Assembly (NCBI RefSeq): GCF_009914755.1
Contig: NC_060930.1
Length of the DNA: 64,000 nt
Direction: 5' to 3' (one strand)
Source of the DNA: the human T2T-CHM13v2.0 reference genome, Homo sapiens
Numbering within the stretch: the stretch's first letter is position 1; each line of letters begins with the position of its first letter. A program made the translations under genes and the position numbers. Positions 54,035-64,000 of the stretch are shown here, piece after piece. The notes under the pieces were generated by a model. It was not told where the DNA came from. It saw nothing but the letters and a program-made list of their open reading frames with translations, and did no database searches.

Positions 54035-54917
54035 TGGATGAGTATCCTAGGGCTGCCATAACAAATTACCCCAAACTTGTTGGGTTAAAACAACAGAAAT
54101 TCATTCTCTCACAGGTCTGGAGGCCAGAGGGCCAAAATCAAGGTGACCATGGGCTGGTTCCCTCTGGAGGATCTGCAGGAGCGTGCGCTCCATTCCTCTG
54201 TCTTGGCTTCTGCGGGCTGCTGGCAATCCCTGGTGTTGCTTAGCTTTTTCTGGCTTGGGGCTACACCACTCCAATCTCTGCCTCTGTCTTCATCTGGCTC
54301 CCCTCCCCTCCTCCCCCCTCCTCCACTCCCCCCCTCCTCCCCTTGTCCTCTCTCCTCCCCACCCCTTCTCCCCCCTTCTCCCCCCTCCCCCTCCCATCTC
54401 CCCCTCCTCCCCATCCCCCTCTCCCCTCCTCCCCCTTCCCCTCCCCTCCTCCCCCTCCTTCCCATCCCCCTACCCTCTCCTCCCCCTTCCCCTCCCCTCC
54501 TCCCCTCTCTTCCCCCTCCCCCTCCCCTCCCCTCTCCCCTTCCTCCCCCCTCCTCCCCATCCCCCTCTCCCCTCGTCCCCCTTCCCCTCCCCTTCCCCCC
54601 CTCCTCCCCTTCTCCCCTTCCCCTCCCCATCCCCCATCCCCTCCTCCCCATCCCCTCCCCTCCCCCTTCTCCCCTTCCTCCCCTCCCCTCCCCATCTTCC
54701 CCCCTCTACCCCCTCCCCCTCCTCCCCTCCTCCCCCCTCCTCCCCCTCCCCCTCCCCTCCCCTCCTCTCCTCTCCTGAGGACTTACCATTGGATTAGGAT
54801 CCTCTCTCATCCAGAATGATCTCAAAATACTTACCTGAGAAGACCCGTATTCCCTAAGTCAGATTCTAAAGTTTAAGGTGGACATATCTTTTGGGGGACA
54901 CAATTCAACCCTCTATA
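54035..54917 (-). mobile_element. MLT1C-type LTR with expanded C-rich tract
   Basis: TCCTAGGGCTGCCATAACAAATTACC...TTAAAACAACAGAAATT; resumes after 54776 and ends GGGACACAATTCAACCC. Confidence 0.85.
54299..54776 (+). repeat. C-rich polypyrimidine low-complexity tract (CCCCT/CCT variants)
   Basis: Directly visible; almost purine-free on + strand. Confidence 0.97.
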
Positions 54918-55273
54918 AAGCATCTCTCACACAAATGTATAACTTAAAAAATAATTGTTCCTTGAAGTTATATTTGGTTATGAGTTTATTTTTTTAATCC
55001 AAGCAATAAATACCTAAGGACAATTTGATTACCATTTTTTTCTTCTGAACTTAATTTTTAACTAGTGAGCAGCTTTTTGAGATCATAGCCAGGTCCAGGT
55101 GACTGATTGCTGAGGAAGGGCTTTCCAAACCCACCTCCCACAACATGTGGGGGAAAATGAGGCACTTAATATTACTGGAGCCACAGCTGCCCCAGAAATT
55201 GGCTTCAAGTAATGCAGCCCTGTGCAACCCTTCACCTTTGGTACCAAGAGAAGAAAATATCTCCATATTTGAA

Positions 55274-55423
55274 AAATGCCCTGCAAAATCCTAAGCAGAA
55301 GAGATGAATCAAAAGCGTTATAAAAATTAGGGAAAAAATAAAGTCTAAACTAATCCAAAATTTGCTTTATGCACAGGAAGCGTTTAGAAGCTGAACCTCA
55401 AGAATGGATTTTGCAGGGCATTT
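55274..55423. repeat. 18-bp perfect inverted repeat pair with 114-bp spacer
   Basis: AAATGCCCTGCAAAATCC (55274-55291) / GGATTTTGCAGGGCATTT (55406-55423). Confidence 0.95.
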
Positions 55424-55619
55424 CGTAATTGCCTTAATTATGAAAAACACTTTTTATTGGATTAGAGGTGCAATTTGATACTCTTTGGATACTGGATAAA
55501 GAACTTGGTAATTGTATCAAATGATGGACAGGCTTTCAGGCTCCTGCACTTGTTTTTTGACTCTGTGATTCAAGTGTGAAATTGATCTGAAGTCTGCATG
55601 GGTCCTCTATCACTTATGC

Positions 55620-56250
55620 TCAAATATAAGCAACGCGGATTCATTTGCACTAATGCAGTACAAAATATCCTTTTGGTGTGCAAAACTCAAACGTATCTCT
55701 TAGAATAGGGAGTCCAATTTATGTCATGCTATAATCATAGCAGTTCTAAACTAATTTAACACCCTGAAGAAGTTAATTAACATCATTAAAAAGTGCATCC
55801 AGTCAAGTATAACATGTGACCCAAATAAATAATTGAATGAACTTTCCTACTCCAGTGGTGACTTGTTCCAAAGCTGTCCTCTTTCATCAGACCTGGTCAA
55901 CAATTGTTTGAAACATCTGACACCGACCACATTAGATGATTTTCATGAAGGTGTAAACCTACATGGCAGCCTAATAAACAACTTAAGTTTCATGGCTGAC
56001 ATTGATTTATACATCTTCTAAAGAGATGGTGCATGAAATGATCAGAACAGTCAATAATGCAAGCAAAATGTATGGGCTTGAGATAAGAGAGCAGAAAACA
56101 AAATCAATGCCTTCCAGCTATTAACAGCATGCAGCAGAGTTCATAATAGACAGCATTAAACCTGAACAAGTTGCATCATTCAAATACCTCAGAGAAACTG
56201 TCACTCCAACAGTAATTGCAAGAATAGCATTCACATAAATGAGTATATAT
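55620..56250 (+). mobile_element. Fossil non-LTR retrotransposon reverse transcriptase, RTE-like (L4/MamRTE1-type)
   Basis: Translation: KLINIIKK...LFQSCPLSSDLVN...EGVNLHGSLINNLSFMADIDL, frameshift, ...NASKMYGLEIREQKTKSM...IIDSIKPEQVASFKYL...ARIAF; correct order and spacing of QGCPLSP, INNLRFADDIDL, GL.IN..KTK.M and FKYLG motifs. Confidence 0.85.
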
Positions 56251-56584
56251 GGCTTTAGCTTGGCCACTGAAGGCATTTTACCAACTAAAAGCTACTTAGA
56301 TGAGTTGTTTGAGGTGTATTCTTATTGCAAAATTTTTAGAGAAGGTCACTAAGCGTACTAATAAGAATCATTAGGTGCATAAACTTAGATAATGAAGAAA
56401 GTCAATACATAGCTATAAACCTTCACACACAAAACAGACATACAGAAGACAAAGCAATCAGCTGCACATGGGTGTTTTTCTCCTTTAAAGGAATGGAATT
56501 GAATGGAATTAAATATCGCTATCTTGTGATCAACATAGTCATTTTTAAACCCTACAGGTCTGTCTCAGGAATATAAAGCATTCT

Positions 56585-56810
56585 AGTAAAGCAGTCAGTG
56601 TAACAGAGTGGTTGGGCCTTGGGGATCATGATGACCTGTGTTGATTTACACCTTAACCACTTATTATCTTTATCACTTAACCTCTCTGGGCCTCTATTTA
56701 TTCATCTGTACCTTGAAATTAATTCAAAGTACCTTGCAGTGTTATTGTAGAAATGTAATAATACAGGCTGGAGGCCTGGGTACATAGTATTTCCTGAATA
56801 AACATACATC
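56585..56810 (+). mobile_element. MIR
   Basis: TCACTTAACCTCTCTGGGCCTC...TCATCTGTA core. Confidence 0.7.
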
Positions 56811-58053
56811 TATCATCAATAGATGTATGATTTTGTTTGTCCTTATAGCAGACTTCTTTAGGGACTAGTAAATTATGGACCAGTAAATTAAGATACGCAT
56901 TTCAAAACAAAGTCAGTCCTTCATAATTATTTATTAACTGTGAAAATTATAATGTTCAAATTTATAGCAGCTAAGCGAATAGTCAACCTGCTCTCCAGCA
57001 ATTTAAATTAATTCTGGAGAACAATGCACTAGCAGTGACACTCATATGCACAGATTAGTGCTCACCTTACCTTACTTTATAATTAATCCAGGTAAAGAAG
57101 TATTCGAATAATCCTAGCTTTGATTTTCCATTTAATCTTAAAACAACTCTAAGTATCAGAAGATCCTTCCAAGTATCATGTCTACTATGAACAGCTTTGC
57201 ATCTCAGTAATACATCCCATTTTCCATTAGAATTGCTGAAACTTCAAACACAGCTTCATCATTTTGAATTTCTACTGACTAGTTTTTCTGGTAGGCAGCG
57301 TGCATTAGAGGAGAGTCACATGGCACATCACTAACAGCAATTGGTAATTTTTATCACACAACTGTAAAAATTATTGCCTTTCTTTCTTCACTGGTGTCTT
57401 GAACAACTATTGAACTATATAAATATTTTGTTGAAATACCATATGAGAACATTATTCAAAATGTAGAAGTGCAAATGGCTATGTGCCAGGGCATCCAGGG
57501 TGAAATATCGGCTCTGGATGGAAAAGCATCCATGGCTCTAGCCCTGTGCCGGTTATTCAACAACAGAAATAGAAACGCAGACTCTCCGTTAGCTGGGAAG
57601 GTGATTCTGCAGCAATCAAAGCCTTAAAAGCACAGCTGTTGCTGGGCCCAGAGTCCCCGGTATGGGAAATTCCAGTTGAATTAAATGCCTTTCCATTGAG
57701 CCCCACAAAGAGCCATTGGTGGCCTTTTCAGCTGACCTCATGCTTCATTTGGTACAGCCCAGCACAAGAAACCATAGAACGACCAGCTCTTGAGAATAAA
57801 TTATTATCTACTACCCCACTGGAAAAAGGCTAAATAAAGATGCCGATTTATATTTCTATTTTCTGAGCAGCCACGGCCTGCAATGACAAACCAGCCACAG
57901 AACACTTTCTGATTGGGAGGAACAATAGCCAAGTTGGGAAACTGATGGTCACTGAAATGCCCAAAAACTGTATCACTAAAAATAGAAAACAGAAGCACTG
58001 GTTTGATCATTGGGGTTGAATCTTTAAATCAGTGGTTTAAAAAATGTGGAAGT

Positions 58054-58365
<312 letters not shown>

Positions 58366-59129
58366 TTAATAACCCCAGATCTCTCTCCTAAACAAAGTCA
58401 TGAATAAAAGAAAAAAAACCTCATGAGCAAAACTATTGGTGTTCAAAAACAGGGAGAGGCAGCTGAGCCCAGGAAGCAAGTTTTCCAACCTCTGCTAATC
58501 ACCCTGTCTCTTCCCTGACCACACTGGGTCCTCTGGGCACTTACTTGTGGAGTTCCTTACCCCTGAAGAATCCATAATCCCATGGGGAAAGCAACACCAA
58601 CAAATATTCAATGGCCAAGCACTGTCAGAGAATAGCTTTGCTGTGTTAAAGCATATGATATAATGTAAATTCTGTAGAAGTTCAAAGAAAAGAGAGATCA
58701 TTGGGAAAGACACAGCCGACCCCACCTGCCACACAGCCACCTTTGCTGGGCTACAGTCAGCCAGGCTGCTCATTTCTGTGCCTTTGTATCCATCCTTGTG
58801 CCTCAGACTGTGCAGTTCCCTGACCACAGGAAATGTCACCTGCTCAGAATACCCCCTCTTTCCTGCTGAAGCTGTCCCAGGTCGCCACCATCCACAGGTG
58901 CTCAACAACTGACAACACCCACCCCCCCCACGCCGCCCTCAACCATCTCTCCATGGCTATAAATATCTAACAAGCATTTGGACATAGTTGATGCCAAGGG
59001 AAGAAAGCAATTCCGAATCTTTCACATACTCCTTGTAATAACAGAAATTGGTTTGCCCTCTTTTGTACAAACCTTTTAAACCATTAATCCTTCTAATAAT
59101 TTTAAAGACGGTATCATGAATGCTGATAA

Positions 59130-59450
59130 GGTCTTAGCTACAAGGATATTCATCGCAGCTGTGTTTATATGGTGACAATTTGAAAGTACTCTAAATATCC
59201 ACCAATAGGGAATGCAAGGAATGGAATATAATGCAGCCATCAAATGGTATAGTAAATGAATATTTATGAACATAGAAATATGTTTAACTTATGTTAACTG
59301 GGGAAAAGCAGGATACTTCACAACATGATCCTATAATTTATACACATAATATGTGTAATTTATATATAAATATGTATAGATACATATATAATTTGTATAT
59401 TTATATAACTATATGATCTATATATAACGCTTCTATGCATAAAAACTATC
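59130..59450 (+). mobile_element. L1ME-type 3' remnant with AT-rich tract
   Basis: CAAGGATATTCATCGCAGC...CTAAATATCCACCAATAGGG...ATGGAATATAATGCAGCCAT. Confidence 0.7.
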
Positions 59451-62400
59451 TACCATCAGCTGAGGTGCTTTTCTGTTTTTACATTATTGCTTTTTGTATT
59501 TTTCCGATTTTTCTTTGATAGAGAAAGCAACCCAAAGATACGTATCATAACTATTCCAACAAAACTAACATTCTCCTTTTTATTATGAAATATTTTATTC
59601 CTACAAATAAGTTTATGAGAGCTAGTAAATACCTAAGTACCGACCACCAAGCTTGCACAACCCTATTTTTGGACAACTTCGCTTTTAACGCAGGGGCATG
59701 TGAGACAAACCAAAGTAGGTCAGAATGCTGAAATGCTCCGTGTGTTTACCCTCCAGTAATGAGAGGTTTATTTCTGACCCTCTTAAACTCAGTTTTTAAC
59801 TGCCCAGAGTATCTCTAAAAACACCCTTTCACCCAGCCTCTGCACCAGTAATAGTAACATAGAATGCAGTATAAAGAACCATGATTTTCCCTATTCAGGG
59901 AGCTGTTATCATCTGCTGTTGTGTGCTGGCTATGGGGTCTGTGCCCAAGCCTGCACACTGCTCACCTCCTGATTTACTTAAATCTTTTTGCTTCTATCAA
60001 CCACAGGGAATGGGGACACTTACAGGTAACAACTGACAATTTGAACAGAAAATACAGAGAAAAGCTGTGTAAAGCAAGTGGCTCAGATTATAGCTGTTGA
60101 CTTCTAATATTATTTGATAGATGAGGCTCCTGCAATTATCTACTGCTCATGGGTTCCATTACTGGAACAAGAAGCACACAAAATAAGGGCAATTTCCCAA
60201 ACAATATATAGGACCACTTAACTTTGTCAAGAGCCGTTTCTGCAAGTGAAGTCCTCCTTGTTAAAGACACGAAGATAATGTGCCAGCCATTTGACACAAG
60301 CATTTAGTTCATACCACATTAACTGCCTTTTGTTATTTCTGCCATGCTCTAATTAAGGCCAAATTGGATATTATTTTTAACTAAACGTTTGTTTTAAAAC
60401 GCAGTCATGGAATCTACCATTCTTCTCTAAATTAAAGTAAAAAGGGGAAAAAGTTCTAAGAAAAATTTGAAATCCCTTAAACAGTTGAGTGAACAAAGCT
60501 GCCATCTTAAGTTTTCATGAATCTTCCTTGCAACTAGCTAGCCCAAAATTACTAGAACAGTTTTCATTCCTAAAAAAAATAATAATACTCTGTGGTTTAA
60601 CCTTATGTTATTATGTAAGTCAAACAGAAATTCTGTCTCTAGAAGAAGAAAAAAAGCAATATATTTTCGAAAGACAAAAAAAAAGTGCCTCAGCAATGAA
60701 CTGAATTATTGCATCCATGTTCACTATTAATTCGTGTTGCATTTGGATTTTGGATTGAGCCATAGGGCGGAATGAGTTTAGGAAATATTACAACTGCATC
60801 AGGAATTACATTTGTTTCTCACTCCCACCTCCTTACCCATCTTGGAGAGTGGAAAGAGAAAAGGAAAATCTGAAGGAGATAAGAAAATATTTAAGTCGGA
60901 AAAGCACACCACAACTTCTACAGAAACCCTGGCTGATGATTTTATGATGAAAAAATCCCTATCAATGATACTCCAGAATGGGGGAGGGGTGGCCACCAGC
61001 AAGCTCACCCTAAAGGCACTTATCTTTATCTCCTAGACAGAGTCCGTAAGTGTAAAATTAAATACGTCTTATTTTCTCGATTAAAATCTCCCTGAGTTTT
61101 TTCTCTCTTTATTAGTGTTGCTTTGATGTATTTCCAAGCCAAAATGTGGGAAAGTCTAAATGGCATAAAGGATATTGGACTTTTTTCCTTCCCTTTCCTT
61201 TTCTCCTTTATCACCACTTTTCACCTAATAAGGAGTTGACCAAACCTGACCGCTGGTAGGGCTGTGTCTCCTCCCTTGACCAGGTGCTCTGAATTCTCAT
61301 AGGCATTTATCTGAGAAATGCCCCTGTACCCTAAAATCTGGGTCACCGTGAGCAACCGTTCATGGAGTTGGTCAAAAGCATGCTCCTCTTCAATAATATT
61401 CAAGAGAGATGGTTAAGTCCGTACAGTTTAATTATAACATTCAGGATTTTTTTTTATTCTTTCTCAGCTCCTGAAGTCTTTTAAGTCTCTCTTAAAAGGG
61501 CCTCTACACAAAAGGTAACTTCATCCTGGAGAGAAAGAAACTCAGACTTGGCCATACCACTTCCACTTGGGCATTGATTAGATGTCTTTTTTTTTTTTTA
61601 ACAAATTCAAAAAGAAAGGGGACACGATTTAAAACTAAAATAGAACCAGGCACATTGTACAAAGGATTATTTCAAGTAATTCTCCTTGAAACTATAACAA
61701 AGGAATGTTTCCTGGGGATTAAATGGACTGTCAGGTAATCAGAAAAGTTCTTTTAGGTTTTTTCCTCAGGAAGAAAAAGAGCACTTTGGATGGATTTTGT
61801 TCCTGGCATTTTGTGACACTTTACAGCTTATTCCCTGGTGTCACACCGATTTATTTTATTATTCATGAGCTCCGTGAAGGAAGGAATGATCTTAGAGGTC
61901 CGCAGCTGGACCACACTAATAGATCCTTTTCCTAACCTCATCTACTGTTACTTTAATATGGATAAGATTGTTTTATTAATGAGAGCAAATGGGTTTCCTG
62001 AATATCAGCCTCTCTTTTGGTCACTCTGGAACCTGATATACTTGATTAATTTATTTTCAACTTTTTGAGCACCCACACTATTTTTGACACGGTACTTTTA
62101 AAAAACTTCAGACATAAATGAGCAAAAGCTGTACCTCCAGGAAGTTACATTCTACTGAAACAAGACTGACCTCCATTACTAATTGATGATGCCATAGTCA
62201 ACTGTCAATTATTCATGTAAAGATTATCCATGACACACCGTGTAGAGCACCCATCGTGAATTTCTAAATCCCAGGCTTTTCCACCTCTCAACTACACAGA
62301 CTTAGGGGTTGTCATGCGAATCACCTCACCACACTATAGATTTAGTTACAGAGCAAAGGAAGCCAACTGCCTCAACCTCCTATCGATCAAAATTTTCATT

Positions 62401-62529
62401 TAGTAGGCAGGCATGGAGTACTTCAAATAAGGTGCTATGTTAAACACTTCAGAAACAGATGGATTAAGTGTATATAAGGTGTACCAAGATACCCATAGAT
62501 AAGAGTGGCTAATTCTATCAGTGAAAAGA

Positions 62530-62950
62530 AACAGGAAAGGTTTCAACAGGAAGATGACACTTGATTTGAGTATTGAAAACTGAGAGTGCGTTGAGGGGCA
62601 GACAGAAAGAGAAGACATTCTCAATGCAGCATAAGCAAAGGCATAGAATTCTGAAACAGTGCAATGCACTATGAAATCTGCAACGTTGTTTAGTGCGACC
62701 ATGAGACTGACAGGTGGGAGGAGGATAATGTGGTTTCTAACAAGAGATAGAGCTGAAAAGATAAGCAGAGAAGTGGCCTCAACAGCACTTCAATACTTTT
62801 CTATTTGAAGGGAAAGGGAGGAATCTAACATGACCTGCCTCCCATAGAATATGGCTTAGGCAAAATACTAGTCAGGTGCCATCGCTAAGATTGGGAATAT
62901 TGGACAAGCAACATTTTCAGGGGGAAGATAATGAGTTCAGTTTTGGACAT
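62530..62950 (-). mobile_element. L2 fragments
   Basis: GATAATGAGTTCAGTTTTGGACAT and purine-rich L2 antisense body. Confidence 0.65.
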
Positions 62951-63382
62951 TTCTCTCACTTTCATGCTGAGAGTCATGAATGGGTTATAACCCTTAATAC
63001 CAACACCTGGGTTCCACGGTTAATTGCTGCTGAGCTAACAGTCAACTAAGACCAACAGATTATTCTCTCTCATACCTCTATTACCTGAGACAGGTCTCTG
63101 TATTCTGTGTGGTTTCTTTAGCCTAGTGCTAAAGGTTGCACCAATTCAGACAGAAAAAAAAATCCGAAAACCAAGGGTTGGTTATCTATATTGTCCAATC
63201 TCATTTTTTTTAATTTATTATACTTATTCTTCTGTTTTGCCTTGACACTGCATAGGCTATGTTGTGAGACAACTTGTCAGGTCCAAAAAACAGCCTCACA
63301 ATTCACCTTAAAATTGGCCTACATTGACCACAGAGGGAAATAGTGCCAAAATGTCTCGCAAATATCACTGGGAAGGTAATAT

Positions 63383-63850
63383 ATTCATTCATCGATTTGT
63401 TCGTTCGTTCATTCAACAAATGTATAATGAGGGCTTGCCACAAGCCAGGCCAGGAAACGCCATAGTGAACAAGGGAGGCTGTTATGGGGTTTATATTCTA
63501 GTGGGTGAACAGACCCCAGACAAGTGTTTTGAGCTGTGAAGAAATGAAACGGGGCGAGATAACTGGAGGTGATGGCAGCTTCAGACAGAGTGGTCAGGGA
63601 AGGATCCACTGAGTAGATGACATTGGACTGAGAGCCAGAAAATGAGGGGAAAAAAAAAAAAAATCAGATGCCACAATTGGAGGAAAAAAACACTCCAGAA
63701 AGAAGGACAGCAGGGAAATGAAGACCGGAACTAGCCTGGTAGGTTCAAGAAACAGACAAAAACAACCAGTGTGGCTGGAGCAGAGTCAGCAGCGGGGTGG
63801 GTGAAAGAAGCTAACGGGAAAAAGTAAAGCCAGCAGGCCATGGAGAGACA
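63383..63850 (-). mobile_element. L2 3' end
   Basis: TTCATTCAT...TTCATTCAACAAATG...AGTGAACAAG...TATATTCTAGTGGG...GTGTGGCTGGAGCAGAG. Confidence 0.8.
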
Positions 63851-63889
63851 CGTGGAGAGGAAGGAGGAAGTGCCCCCTGCCTCAGCCTC

Positions 63890-63990
63890 AAACCCCAGTC
63901 TCAGCCCTCACTGGGTGACCTCAGTCATGTGACTTGACCTCTCAGGAACTTTTCTTTCCTTCTCAAAATTGCAGTCGTAATATTTTTATC
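63890..63990 (+). mobile_element. MIR fragment
   Basis: CTGGGTGACCTCAG...GTGACTTGACCTCTC. Confidence 0.55.
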
Positions 63991-64000
63991 ACTTAAGAAG

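Noticed and set aside
54109-54819. Long Pro/Ser- and Gly/Glu/Arg-rich ORFs (144-211 aa)
   Set aside because: Artefact of a stop-free C-rich low-complexity tract inside an LTR; open on both strands.
61221-61403. Protein-looking 60-aa minus-strand ORF
   Set aside because: No family recognised, non-ATG start, weak flanking splice signals.

Overview
This is primate (most likely human) nuclear DNA, not prokaryotic. It is AT-rich and CpG-depleted, and contains nine Alus (J, S and Y ages), L1/L2/MIR/CR1/HAL1 remnants, many solo LTRs and several DNA-transposon MITEs. I found no intact protein-coding gene, full-length RNA gene or CRISPR array; the supplied ORFs are almost all repeat-derived or random, so the window looks intergenic or deep-intronic. 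I cannot name the locus. Repeat subfamily names come from my recall of consensus sequences, and boundaries of old elements are approximate. The most notable items are: (1) a frame-readable fossil reverse transcriptase of an ancient RTE-type LINE (~55.6-56.25 kb); (2) a tailless tRNA-Cys 5'-half retrocopy with a perfect 17-bp target-site duplication (TSD) at 45.6 kb; (3) an AluJ-type fragment with a twin-priming-like 5' inversion at 4.8-5.0 kb; (4) a minisatellite with alternating A/B units at 42.8-43.2 kb; (5) several template-switch-like scars (42-bp perfect palindrome, 18-bp inverted repeat pair, 77-bp local duplication, Alu with a foreign 41-bp patch). I see no evidence for a new multi-gene system.
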